64,000 nt of DNA, from NCBI GenBank assembly GCA_963663965.2, contig CAXXFK010000029.1, positions 64,001 through 128,000 of the forward strand, read 5' to 3'. A program made the translations under genes and the position numbers. Of the stretch, positions 23,196 through 33,069 are shown in pieces; the first letter of the stretch is position 1, and each line of letters starts with the position of its first letter. The stretch comes from Sedimentisphaerales bacterium (lineage in GTDB: Bacteria > Planctomycetota > Phycisphaerae > Sedimentisphaerales > SM23-30). Below the pieces are notes generated by a model. That model had not been told where the DNA came from. It saw nothing but the letters and a program-made list of their open reading frames with translations, and made no database searches.

Positions 23196-23595
23196 GGTGC
23201 GGTAAACAAATTAAAGTAAGTAAATTTAAATTGAAGTTATATATACTTTTATCGGGGTAATGCAATAGAAAAGGTGGTAAAATCCGATAAAATGGGCCAG
23301 GCAGAAGGAGGCGTATTGGACGGTGATGGAGCGGAGTTGTTTAAGTGTTTACAGAAAAAGGGGTTATGTTGTTTAATTTTGCCGGTTAAAAATTTGTTAT
23401 TTTCAGTTGATTAAATATCACGGAGTCGTTATAGTATTCGTTTCCTTGACGCAAGGGGGAAAGGCGCTCCGCGCGATGGGCCGAAAGTTTACGCGGCATA
23501 TTCGGCTCAGTCCTCCGTCTGGGAACTCCCGGCTGATAAGCCTCCGCGTCCGATTTAATCTGGCAGAGAATCCAGGTCGTGATGCGAAATAAGAT

Positions 23596-23624
23596 TTGAC
23601 TCAGCAAGTGTAACCAGTTATGTT
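23596..23624 (+). promoter_or_regulatory. Candidate sigma70 promoter TTGACT-N17-TATGTT for tRNA-Gln/prs
   Basis: Hexamers read directly, ~35 nt before the tRNA. Confidence 0.55.
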
Positions 23625-23658
23625 ATAAAACGATGAAACGCGTTATGCGTTTCAGGTT

Positions 23659-23730
23659 TACCCGATGGTGTAATTGGCAACACAAGAGTTTTTGGTACTC
23701 TCGTTCCAGGTTCGAGTCCTGGTCGGGTAG
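23659..23730 (+). tRNA. tRNA-Gln(TTG)
   Basis: TACCCGA/TCGGGTA acceptor stem; AGAGT-TTTTGGT-ACTCT anticodon arm; GGTTCGAGTCC; usual position before prs. Confidence 0.96.
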
Positions 23731-23857
23731 TTAGCTTGCTGGTCGGTTCTTTCATTTGTGGCTGGGATTTTGTTAGCAGATGACAGTCATCCAAGTTCAG
23801 TATTGCGAATATGAAGCTGGATGGGAATAAGATCCTATTGAACCTTGATTGAAGCGT

Positions 23858-24856
23858 ATGCCTGATCAACGACTAAAAGAGTTAAGAATATTCAGCGGCA
23901 CGGCCAATCCGCCGCTGGCAGAAAGCATTTGTGCCAGCCTGGGAGTGCCGGTGGGCCGCGCCCGGGTACAGCCATTTGCCGACACGGAAACCCATGTCCG
24001 GGTAGAAGATGATGTTCGGGGACTCGATTGTTTTGTCGTGCAGCCAACCTGTCATCCGGTCAACCAGAACCTGATGGAGCTATTGATTTTTATCGATTGT
24101 CTGCACCGGGCCTCCGCGCGTCGAATCACGGCGGTATTGCCTTATTTTGGCTATGCCCGCCAGGACCGTAAGAGTGAAGGGCGGACTCCAATCAGCGCCA
24201 AACTGGTGGCCAACCTGATAACGACTGCCCGGGCAGACCGCATTCTGGCGATCGATTTGCATGCTCAGCAGGTGCAGGGTTTTTTCGATATCCCTGTGGA
24301 TCATCTGACGGCAGAGCCGGTATTTACCAATTATTTTCGAAGTCAACCTCTGGGTGATATGGTGATGGTGTCGCCGGATGTCGGCAATATGAAAATGGCC
24401 AATGTCTACGCCCAGAAACTGGGCGGTAATCTGGCCGTGATTGACAAGCGGCGCCAGAGCGGCAGTGAAGTGGTCATGTCTCGTATAATCGGAGATGTCA
24501 AGCACAAGGATGTGCTGATGTTCGACGATATGATCAGCACCGCCGGAACGATTTGTTCGGCATCAGCGCTAGTCAAGGATCATGGCGCCCGATCCGTACG
24601 TGTGGCGGCGACCCATGGTGTGTTCGCGGGGGACGCTCTGGAAAAAATTCAGGCAGCCCCCATTGATGAAGTGGTGGTAACAGACACCATTCCCCTGTCC
24701 AATGAGGCCAGAGAAGTCGGCAAGATCAAAGTGCTGAGCGTGGCCAATTTGCTGGGCGAAGCGATGGAACGAATTCATTTGAATCGTTCGGTGAGCGAGA
24801 TATTTTCACGCGACCGACTCGAATCGGCAAGTGATTCGGACGGCGAAAAAGCGTAA
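23858..24856 (+). CDS. prs: Ribose-phosphate pyrophosphokinase
   Basis: PYFGYARQDRK, DLHAQQVQGFF, DDMISTAGT. Confidence 0.97.
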   Translation: MPDQRLKELRIFSGTANPPLAESICASLGVPVGRARVQPFADTETHVRVEDDVRGLDCFVVQPTCHPVNQNLMELLIFIDCLHRASARRITAVLPYFGYARQDRKSEGRTPISAKLVANLITTARADRILAIDLHAQQVQGFFDIPVDHLTAEPVFTNYFRSQPLGDMVMVSPDVGNMKMANVYAQKLGGNLAVIDKRRQSGSEVVMSRIIGDVKHKDVLMFDDMISTAGTICSASALVKDHGARSVRVAATHGVFAGDALEKIQAAPIDEVVVTDTIPLSNEAREVGKIKVLSVANLLGEAMERIHLNRSVSEIFSRDRLESASDSDGEKA

Positions 24857-24921
24857 ATGAAATATAAATTAACAGGCGTATCCGCAAGACGGATGAGTAA
24901 CCCTTAAACAGGTGAATCGAA

Positions 24922-25563
24922 ATGACAGACACAATTGTTTTAAAAGCTGAGAAACGGACAAAACTAGGTACCCGGGTATCGCGCAAGACGCGTGAGCAGG
25001 GGCGGATTCCGGCGATTATTTATGGTCACAAACAGACTCCGGAAGCGGTGACCCTGGATTACCATGACCTGATGCTCGAATTGCATCATCATCATCGACT
25101 GTTGACCGTCGATTTATATGGAAGTCAGGCGCAGTATCTGGTGAAAGACGTCCAGTATAATTATCTGGGTGACCATATTATCCATGTGGATCTGACGCGC
25201 GTGGACAAAGACGAGCGAGTGACGGTGGAAGTCGAAGTTGTCCTGAAGGGTGAGCCCAAGGGCGTTCATGCCGGCGGTCATCTGGACCAGTTGCTGGCGG
25301 ATATAGCGCTCGAATGTCCTGCGGTCGAGATTCCAGAATCGTTACGCGTCAGTGTGGTTGACCTGGGGGCCGGGGAGACCCTGACTGCCGGGCAGATCGA
25401 ACTGCCGGCGGGCGTTAAACTGATCACTCCTTCAGACACGCCGGTGGCCATTGTTCGAATTGTCACCGAGGTAGAAGAGGCTGTCGTCGAAACCGGTCTT
25501 GAAGAAGGCGTTGCCGAACCCGAAGTGATCAAACGCGAGAAATCGGATGATGCTGAAGAGTAA
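24922..25563 (+). CDS. rplY: 50S ribosomal protein bL25/Ctc
   Basis: IPAIIYG, HVDL, Ctc-type C-terminal domain; prs-rplY-pth synteny. Confidence 0.95.
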   Translation: MTDTIVLKAEKRTKLGTRVSRKTREQGRIPAIIYGHKQTPEAVTLDYHDLMLELHHHHRLLTVDLYGSQAQYLVKDVQYNYLGDHIIHVDLTRVDKDERVTVEVEVVLKGEPKGVHAGGHLDQLLADIALECPAVEIPESLRVSVVDLGAGETLTAGQIELPAGVKLITPSDTPVAIVRIVTEVEEAVVETGLEEGVAEPEVIKREKSDDAEE

Positions 25564-25598
25564 CGCTGGCCAAACCCCGAGCGTTAAGAGTCAGGCCC

Positions 25599-26171
25599 AT
25601 GAAATTGATCGCAGGCTTAGGCAATCCCGGCAGTGAATATAAAAACAGCCGACACAACGCCGGATTTATGGTGGCTGATGAGCTGTCCCGGCGCTGGGGA
25701 GTGGAGCTGGATCGCAAGAAATTTCAGGCCCGGATTGGCTGTGGCCAGATAGCCGGAGAGCCGGTGATCCTGCTGGAGCCGCAGACTTATATGAATCGCA
25801 GCGGATCCAGTCTGGTTCAGGCCATGCAGTTTTATAAACTGGACATGGAGGATCTGATGGTGATTGTTGACGATATGGAACTGGAACCCGGCCGCTTGCG
25901 ATTGCGTGAAGGCGGCTCATCCGGAGGCCATAACGGGCTGAAAGATATTGTCGCCAGTTTCGGCACCGATCAGTTTAACCGCTTGCGGCTGGGGATTGGA
26001 CGTCCCGGCCGCCAGAGTGTGACCGGATATGTTCTGGAGCGATTCAGCGCTGAAGAGACGGCCCAGTTGCCAGAGGTTCTCTCTCGCGCGGCTGATTGCG
26101 TTGAATGCTGGATCCGAGAAGGCATGAAAGCCGCCATGACCCGATATAATCAGATATCCAAAGAGCTATAA
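25599..26171 (+). CDS. pth: Peptidyl-tRNA hydrolase
   Basis: GLGNPG, RHNAGF, PQTYMNRSG, GGHNGLK. Confidence 0.97.
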   Translation: MKLIAGLGNPGSEYKNSRHNAGFMVADELSRRWGVELDRKKFQARIGCGQIAGEPVILLEPQTYMNRSGSSLVQAMQFYKLDMEDLMVIVDDMELEPGRLRLREGGSSGGHNGLKDIVASFGTDQFNRLRLGIGRPGRQSVTGYVLERFSAEETAQLPEVLSRAADCVECWIREGMKAAMTRYNQISKEL

Positions 26172-26283
26172 AGACCGCCCGGCCTGTGACGGCCGGACGA
26201 TTTTCAGGCTGGCTTCAGCCAGCGATATTGTAAATTGGAACCTTAAATAACAAAATGCACTGCCAAGTGCAGGAGGTGTTGCG

Positions 26284-26730
26284 TTGGCCAACCGTGTCAT
26301 GCGTAAATACGAAGTTATGTTCCTGGTTGATTCCGCCAGTGCGGCTTCCAACTGGGATGCGACAGTCAAGACGATCGAAACGATCATGGATCGCGCTGGC
26401 GCCCAGTCAGTAAACCTGAAAAAATGGGATGACCGCAGATTATGTTATCCCATCAAGGGGCACAATCGCGGGACCTATATCCTGGCTTATTTTGAAGCCG
26501 ATCCGACCAGCATTACGGGTATGGAACGCGATGTCCAGATCAGTGAAGAGATCTTGCGAGCGCTGATCTTGAACGCGGAAAATATCCCGGATGACATCAT
26601 CAATATGCCAACCCCGGATCAGCTGGCAGACAAGAAACAAGAAGAACCGTCAGATGAGTCTGACCCCGTGGATCGTGAAGGCGATGCGGAAGAAGACGAA
26701 GAACCGGACATCGAAGACATAACGGAATAA
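26284..26730 (+). CDS. rpsF: 30S ribosomal protein bS6
   Basis: RKYEVMF, RRLCYPIK; GGAGGTG RBS; acidic tail. Confidence 0.95.
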   Translation: MANRVMRKYEVMFLVDSASAASNWDATVKTIETIMDRAGAQSVNLKKWDDRRLCYPIKGHNRGTYILAYFEADPTSITGMERDVQISEEILRALILNAENIPDDIINMPTPDQLADKKQEEPSDESDPVDREGDAEEDEEPDIEDITE

Positions 26731-26817
26731 AAAACCGAACAGCATGCGTGTCGGCTCCGTCACCGGCTTGTCGATGGTTTTCGCATTATCTGAATAAACC
26801 ACAGCAGGAGATTGGCT

Positions 26818-27264
26818 ATGTCTTACAATAAGGTGATCATGCTGGGTAATATGACTCGTGACCCGGAGTTGAGTTACCTGCCCAGCCAGACAGCCGTCGT
26901 TGAGTTTGGTCTGGCGACCACTCGCAAGTATCGCGGCACCGATGGCGAGATGAAGGAAGATACTTGTTTTGTCGATTGCCGGCTGTATGGCAAACGCGCC
27001 GAGGTTGTCAGCAAATATTTCAAAAAAGGCAGTCCGATTATGATCGAAGGGCGTCTGGCCCTGGATCGCTGGGAAGCGCCAGACGGATCCAAACGATCGA
27101 AACACCGGATTTTTGTCGAAAATTTCGAATTCGTAGGCGGACCTGGCGGCGGCAGTTCCAATCAGGGAGGGGGAATCCGTTCGAGCATGGATGAGCAGGG
27201 AATGTCTGCCGACGGCGGAGGTTTTGACGAACGGGATATTCCCGCTGACGATATTCCATTTTAA
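26818..27264 (+). CDS. ssb: Single-stranded DNA-binding protein
   Basis: YNKVIMLGNMTRDPEL; C-terminal DDIPF; AGGAG RBS 7 nt before ATG 26818. Confidence 0.97.
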   Translation: MSYNKVIMLGNMTRDPELSYLPSQTAVVEFGLATTRKYRGTDGEMKEDTCFVDCRLYGKRAEVVSKYFKKGSPIMIEGRLALDRWEAPDGSKRSKHRIFVENFEFVGGPGGGSSNQGGGIRSSMDEQGMSADGGGFDERDIPADDIPF

Positions 27265-27389
27265 CCCGATTTTGGCGATCACCCTCAATGCGAGTCAAGG
27301 TAGAATGCCGATGATCGCGAAAGTGACACTGAATTAACCATAGATAGCAAACAACCCCTAACGATACCTTATCAATTGGAGGTTTCCGC

Positions 27390-27618
27390 GTGAAACGTAA
27401 AGTAAATGTAAGCAGAGAACGCTCTGAATGCCGGGTTTTGCCGGGAAAAGATATCCTATATCGATTACAAGGATATTGATGGATTGCAGAAGCTGTTGAC
27501 CCAGCGCGGGAAGATCTATTCCCGCAAGCGAAGCGGCAATTGTGCCGCGTGTCAGCGAAAAGTACAGCTGGCAATCAAGCGCGCCCGTCATATGGGCTTG
27601 TTGCCTTATGTCAATTAA
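27390..27618 (+). CDS. rpsR: 30S ribosomal protein bS18 (Zn-binding type), missing from the ORF track; frameshifted by one extra G at 27433-27435
   Basis: GGAGG RBS + GTG; corrected reading MKRKVNVSRERSECRFCREKISYIDYKDIDGLQKLLTQRGKIYSRKRSGNCAACQRKVQLAIKRARHMGLLPYVN; rpsF-ssb-rpsR-rplI synteny. Confidence 0.95.
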
Positions 27619-27808
27619 CAAGGGTTCCGTTTGAATTCCGGCGAATGGAATCAGACACACCCCGGTTGTGATCCTGTCATCCTTCCCGAGAGGGGGGGCG
27701 GGGTTCATGAAGAACATAGCTGGTATTCGATGACAGGTCTGTCAGGCAGACCGATTCGAAAAAGTAATTGAAAAACCAAACATATAATTTCTCATTGGAG
27801 AGTTAGAC

Positions 27809-28306
27809 ATGAAAGTTTTGTTGCATGCAGATGTGCCGAAGCTGGGTTATTTTGGCGATATTGTAGAGGTAAAAGTCGGTTACGCCCGCAATTACCTGAT
27901 CCCGCAGGGAATCGCCGTCATGCCAACGAAAGCCAACATCAAGGCGATCGAAGAAGAACGCGCCCGCAAGGTGGAAGTCCGCCGGTTGCAGCGCGAGGCC
28001 CTGGTAAAAGCGGCCGATCGAGTCGCCGGCGCGGAAGTAACCATCGAAGCGAACGCCAATGAGCAGGGACATCTTTACGGATCGATCACCGAGTCGATGA
28101 TCGCGGAAGCCTTGCAGCGTGCCGGGTATGAAGTGAAAAGTTCGCAGGTTAAGATGGCAGAGCACTTTACCATGCTGGGCAGTTTTACGGTACCGTTGCG
28201 TTTTGCAGAAGACCTGACCACCGAGGTCAAAGTTTGGGTCGTACGAGAGGGCCAGGCCGTTGACTCAGAGCAAGCGCCAGCCGAATCGACCGAAACCGCC
28301 GAGTGA
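27809..28306 (+). CDS. rplI: 50S ribosomal protein bL9
   Basis: GYARNYLIPQG, GHLYGSIT. Confidence 0.97.
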   Translation: MKVLLHADVPKLGYFGDIVEVKVGYARNYLIPQGIAVMPTKANIKAIEEERARKVEVRRLQREALVKAADRVAGAEVTIEANANEQGHLYGSITESMIAEALQRAGYEVKSSQVKMAEHFTMLGSFTVPLRFAEDLTTEVKVWVVREGQAVDSEQAPAESTETAE

Positions 28307-29720
28307 GGCGGCTTCGAACCAGGCACCAGACCCCACCGGGACTCAGCGGATACCCCCGCAGGACCTGAGCGCGGAAGTCAGCGTGCTTGGTTCGGCAATC
28401 ATAGACCGGGATTGTATCGGAGAATTCGTACAATTGCTGGAACCTGATTGTTTTTATCTCTATGATCACCAATTGATCTTCAAGGCGATTCACTCGTTAT
28501 TTGAGAGCAACAAGCCGGTAGATTTAGTTACCGTCCGGGATGAATTGTCGAAGCGCGACCAGTTGGAGCAGGTCGGCGGGGTGGATTATCTGGTGCGACT
28601 GGCCGAAGCGGTGCCTTCCGCAGCGAACGCGGCGTATTACGCCAATATTGTGTTGGAGAAGGCGCTGTTGAGGAATCTGATACGAGTTACCAACGAAATC
28701 AATACTTCGGCCTATGATGGCGTGGGTGATACGTCAGAATTGCTCGAAGATGCCGAAAAGAAGATTTTCGAGGTTACCGAGAAGAAAATCGTTCGCCAGG
28801 CATTCGATATGCGAACGATCATCGGTCAGGTCTATTCATCCCTGGAAAATCGAACCGGACATTATGTGACCGGGTTGCCGACGGGATATCAGGAACTGGA
28901 TGAAATGACCTGCGGTCTGCAACCGGGCGAAATGGTGATCATCGCCGCCCGTCCCAGTATGGGAAAAACCGCACTGGGCTTGAATATTGCCGAGCATATT
29001 GCCGCGGACAACGGTGTTCCGGTAGCGATCTTTTCGCTGGAAATGTCCGCACAGATGCTGGCGGAACGTATGCTGGCCGGTCGCAGTCATATCGATTCAC
29101 AAAAATTGCGGCGCGGCATGCTGAACGACCAGGAATACGAAATGCTGGGGCGTACGGCGGGTGAATTGTCCGAGCGCCCCCTCTATGTCGATGACAGTTC
29201 AGGTCTTACCCCGCTGGAGTTGCGGGCCAAGGCTCGCCGGTTGAAAATGCAGTACGATATTCAGTTGATTGTGATCGATTATATGCAGTTAATGCATGCC
29301 CCGGGAATGGAATCGCGGGCTCAGGAAGTTGGTTTCATTTCACGACAGATCAAAGCCGTCGCCCGTGAGTTGAATATCCCGGTGATTGCGATGGCGCAGT
29401 TAAACCGTGGGCCGGAGGGACGCGAAGGGCACCGGCCCCGCATGAGCGATTTGCGTGAAAGCGGCAATATTGAGCAGGATGCCGATGTGGTCATGTTGCT
29501 GCATCGCGAAGGTTATTACCGCAAGAAGAAAGTCATGGGACAGGACGATGAGGGGCCGATGGACAGTTTTGACAATGGAGGCAATGAACCGGACGATAAT
29601 ATTGCCGAAGTCATCATCGAAAAACAACGAAACGGTCCAACCGGAACCGTAGAATTGGTATGGATTCCCCAGTGGACTCGATTCGAAAATAAATCGAATG
29701 CCCCTGATTTCGGGATTTGA
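28260..29720 (+). CDS. dnaB: Replicative DNA helicase (start uncertain; overlaps the end of rplI)
   Basis: AARPSMGKT, FSLEM, IDYMQL, SDLRESGNIEQDAD, KQRNGPTG. Confidence 0.96.
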   Translation: MTQSKRQPNRPKPPSEAASNQAPDPTGTQRIPPQDLSAEVSVLGSAIIDRDCIGEFVQLLEPDCFYLYDHQLIFKAIHSLFESNKPVDLVTVRDELSKRDQLEQVGGVDYLVRLAEAVPSAANAAYYANIVLEKALLRNLIRVTNEINTSAYDGVGDTSELLEDAEKKIFEVTEKKIVRQAFDMRTIIGQVYSSLENRTGHYVTGLPTGYQELDEMTCGLQPGEMVIIAARPSMGKTALGLNIAEHIAADNGVPVAIFSLEMSAQMLAERMLAGRSHIDSQKLRRGMLNDQEYEMLGRTAGELSERPLYVDDSSGLTPLELRAKARRLKMQYDIQLIVIDYMQLMHAPGMESRAQEVGFISRQIKAVARELNIPVIAMAQLNRGPEGREGHRPRMSDLRESGNIEQDADVVMLLHREGYYRKKKVMGQDDEGPMDSFDNGGNEPDDNIAEVIIEKQRNGPTGTVELVWIPQWTRFENKSNAPDFGI

Positions 29721-29832
29721 CGAGGTAGGGAAAAACGCTACAATACCATTTAGATTAAATAGTAACCCAACACTGGCGGCTCGTGGGCCTGCCAGTTTTA
29801 AATCGGACATCCGCAACCAGAAGGATCCGGCC

Positions 29833-32253
29833 ATGGCGAACAGGGCAGAAATATTCGCGAGCCGCCCGCTTGCGTTAAAATTATATTCAAAAAAGGCTAA
29901 TATTACCCGAGGGATTGTTTTAGCCCTGGCATGGCTATTGGTCGGGGTTACTCTGGTATTCAGTCAGAATGATCCCAACGAAGAAAAAATAATCCGGGAA
30001 GTCCGTATTGAGGGTCAACGTCAGGTTGCCACCGGCGCCATATTGAAAAATGTTCGCAGCCGTGCGGGCGCGAAATTCGACAAGGAAATGATCAGTGAAG
30101 ATGCCCGGCAGATTATGAACATGCCTCAGATCGCCACGGTGTTATGGCGAGTCGAACCGGTGAATGACCGTGAAGTTGACCTGTTGTTTCTGGTCACTGA
30201 GACCCGACAGATTTCCAATCTGACCATCACGGGCAATAAAAATATCAAGCAAGACAAGTTACTGAAAGAATTGTCATTCGGTGTCCACGATTTTCTGGAT
30301 CTCTATCAGATCCGGCAGGGCGCCCAGGTTCTGGAAGACTATTATCGCAACAAAGGATACTATTTCGTTTCGGTGACTCTCGATGAAGAAGCCCTGAAAG
30401 AGCGTCAGGAAGTGGTTTATACGATCATTGAAGGGGCGAAATCGCGCGTACGAAAGATCCGATTTGAAGGGAACAACGCATTTTCAGCGGGCAAACTGAG
30501 ATGGAAAGTCAAATCCAAGACCTATTTTCCGATTTTCAGCAAGGGGAAAATAGACGATGAACAGATAGAAATGGATTGTCGTCTGCTGGAAGGTTACTAT
30601 CGGGATGAGGGATATCTGGATGCCCGGGTGTTCGCGGAGAAATCTTTCAATCGCGATCAAAGCCGATCCACGATCACCTATACCGTCGAAGAAGGCCGCC
30701 GCTATGAAGTGTCAGACCTGCGATTTGAAGGCAATGAGATTTTCAACGATGATGAATTGTTAGACCGATTCAAATTGCGAGCGGGCGACATTTTCAAGAA
30801 TAAGCATCGCCTGGCGGCATCTAAGGCCGTTCAGGATGCCTATGGCGAAGAGGGATATATTTACAGTTATATCGATCCCCAGGTCGAATATACCGATCAG
30901 GAGGGATTGGCGAATCTGGTCTTTAAAATTCATGAGGGCGATCAATATTATCTCAACGAGTTAATTATCCGGGGTAATTATAAAACCCAGGATAAAGTCG
31001 TTCGGCGCGATTTCGATCGGTATCAGTTTTTTCCGGGAAATTTGTTCGATACCGTGGCCATGGAGCGCGCCCAGCGCCGCCTGGAAGGCAGCGGTCTGTT
31101 TGACGACGTATCGGTGGTGCCCTTTGGAGAAGCGCCTTATGAACGGGACGCGCTGGTTGAAGTCAGTGAAGCCCGCACCGGACTGGTATTGTTTGGCGTT
31201 GGCGTTGATACCAATAGTGGCATTATCGGTCAGTTTTCGATCGAACAACGGAATTTCGATCTAACCAAATTTCCGCAAAGCTGGCGTGAATTCTTTTACG
31301 GAGAATCGTTTGTGGGAGGCGGTCAACGATTGCGGCTGGATATTGAACCTGGAACGCGGGTATCACGCGGCCGTATCAAATTTTATGAGCCATACCTGTT
31401 CGATCAGCCTTATTATCTGGATCTGAACGCCTTTTTGTTCAGGCGCTGGCGAGAATCTTACCTGGAACGCCGCAAGGGCGGATATATGACCGTTGGCCGC
31501 CGTTTCGATAACGATTGGGAAGTCGAAGGAACGGTACGAACGGAAATAGTGACTGTTTCTGATCTGGATGATCGTTTAAACCGGGATGAGGATGGCAACC
31601 TGACCGGGGGGAAATATATCACCGCGCCTCAGGATGTGCAGGATGTGGAAGGCGACAATCTGTTAACCAGCCTGAAAGTGGGCATAGGACGGAATACCAC
31701 GGATCGATTGTACCGGCCCTCGGAGGGATATAAATTCCAGGTGAGCTATGAGCAGGTAGGGGCGCTGGGCGGCGATTTTACCTATGGCGATTTATCGGCC
31801 AGTGCGACCTACTATCAGACCATAAATGTCGATCTGGCCGAACGCCGTACCATCTGGTCTACCCGGTTAAAGGGCAGTCAGATCCTGGGAGACGCGCCGG
31901 TGTTTGAGCGTTATTATGTGGGCGGCATCGGTTCAATGCGCGGTTTTGAGTATCGGGGTATCAGCCCCCGCGCCGGAATCGATCATGATCCGATCGGCAG
32001 CGAATACATGGTCCTGCTGGGCAGTGAAGTCAGCCATCCGCTCTATGAGGAAGTATTATATGGCAAAGTCTTTTGCGACAGCGCTTATATCGAGGAAGGA
32101 CCAGTGCGTGTTACTGCCGGTATCGGCCTGGAGATCGTAATTCCCCAGTTGTTCCAGATGGTGCCGATGCATTTTGATTTCGGAGTGCCAATTGTGGAAG
32201 ATGATGAAGATGAAAATCAGTTATTCAGCTTTAACTTTGGCATGACTTTTTAA
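29833..32253 (+). CDS. bamA: Outer membrane protein assembly factor BamA
   Basis: POTRA repeats, SMRGFE motif, C-terminal Phe; next to skp and lpxD. Confidence 0.93.
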   Translation: MANRAEIFASRPLALKLYSKKANITRGIVLALAWLLVGVTLVFSQNDPNEEKIIREVRIEGQRQVATGAILKNVRSRAGAKFDKEMISEDARQIMNMPQIATVLWRVEPVNDREVDLLFLVTETRQISNLTITGNKNIKQDKLLKELSFGVHDFLDLYQIRQGAQVLEDYYRNKGYYFVSVTLDEEALKERQEVVYTIIEGAKSRVRKIRFEGNNAFSAGKLRWKVKSKTYFPIFSKGKIDDEQIEMDCRLLEGYYRDEGYLDARVFAEKSFNRDQSRSTITYTVEEGRRYEVSDLRFEGNEIFNDDELLDRFKLRAGDIFKNKHRLAASKAVQDAYGEEGYIYSYIDPQVEYTDQEGLANLVFKIHEGDQYYLNELIIRGNYKTQDKVVRRDFDRYQFFPGNLFDTVAMERAQRRLEGSGLFDDVSVVPFGEAPYERDALVEVSEARTGLVLFGVGVDTNSGIIGQFSIEQRNFDLTKFPQSWREFFYGESFVGGGQRLRLDIEPGTRVSRGRIKFYEPYLFDQPYYLDLNAFLFRRWRESYLERRKGGYMTVGRRFDNDWEVEGTVRTEIVTVSDLDDRLNRDEDGNLTGGKYITAPQDVQDVEGDNLLTSLKVGIGRNTTDRLYRPSEGYKFQVSYEQVGALGGDFTYGDLSASATYYQTINVDLAERRTIWSTRLKGSQILGDAPVFERYYVGGIGSMRGFEYRGISPRAGIDHDPIGSEYMVLLGSEVSHPLYEEVLYGKVFCDSAYIEEGPVRVTAGIGLEIVIPQLFQMVPMHFDFGVPIVEDDEDENQLFSFNFGMTF

Positions 32254-32439
32254 TTGGAAGCGGCCTTGGTTTATTGGCGGGCTGTTGCCGATTTGCCTTA
32301 CGAGTGACTGGACAGATGACTTTTGAGCCTGTCCGTGATATGATTACTGAGCTGATCATCATACTGATCGAATCAGGATAGTACAACATAGAATATATAA
32401 CTATGGAGATATAAACACCTTAAAGAAAGGATTGCCATT

Positions 32440-33048
32440 ATGAAACGGACTATGTTGCTGGTGACAGGATTGTGTATTCTATTGGTATTGGCACTGATCA
32501 TGAACAGGACAGATGCCCAGACCCAGGCACCTCAGCGTCCGATCAAGATCGCGGTGTTGAATGTTTCAAAAATTATTGTAGAGTGTCAGGAATATCTGGA
32601 TAAAGACAAGGAAGTCAAGGAAAAACAGCGCGAACTGCAAAGTGAACTTGAAGTGCTCGATAAAGAGACCGCCGCCATCGAACAGGAACTGAAAACGGTC
32701 TTGCAACCCGGTTCGGCAGATTATAAATCCCGCTTGAAGGAATGGTTCGATAAGAGCGCCAAAGTCAAGGCGCTGGGTGAGTATGAAAAAGAGATGATGA
32801 AAGATGAAACCTACTCCTGGACGCAAGAGCTATATGTCAAATTGCAGGATACCACCAAACGGATCGCCCGGCGTGATGGGTATACACTGGTAATGAATAC
32901 CATTGACATGCAGGATAATTTCCGTACTCTGACCGATTTGTACGCGTTTATCCGAAGCCGCCAGATCATATACAATATACCTGAAATCGACATTACCGCC
33001 AAAGTGATTGAAGAAATGGACGCTGATTACGATAAAACCAAAAAATAA
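32440..33048 (+). CDS. skp: Skp/OmpH periplasmic chaperone
   Basis: Signal peptide, KIAVLN, coiled coil, DITAKVI; bamA-skp-lpxD synteny. Confidence 0.85.
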   Translation: MKRTMLLVTGLCILLVLALIMNRTDAQTQAPQRPIKIAVLNVSKIIVECQEYLDKDKEVKEKQRELQSELEVLDKETAAIEQELKTVLQPGSADYKSRLKEWFDKSAKVKALGEYEKEMMKDETYSWTQELYVKLQDTTKRIARRDGYTLVMNTIDMQDNFRTLTDLYAFIRSRQIIYNIPEIDITAKVIEEMDADYDKTKK

Positions 33049-33069
33049 TTTAGGTGTTTTCGATTCTTT

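Noticed and set aside
26172..26283. S6:S18-binding leader RNA
   Set aside because: Three small hairpins are present, but the characteristic CCG-containing motif before the SD could not be identified.
27430..27445. Programmed ribosomal frameshift in rpsR
   Set aside because: No canonical slippery heptamer, and the same +G pattern recurs in unrelated genes.
28260..29720. Intein in dnaB
   Set aside because: Normal length; only a short acidic insert near the C-terminus.
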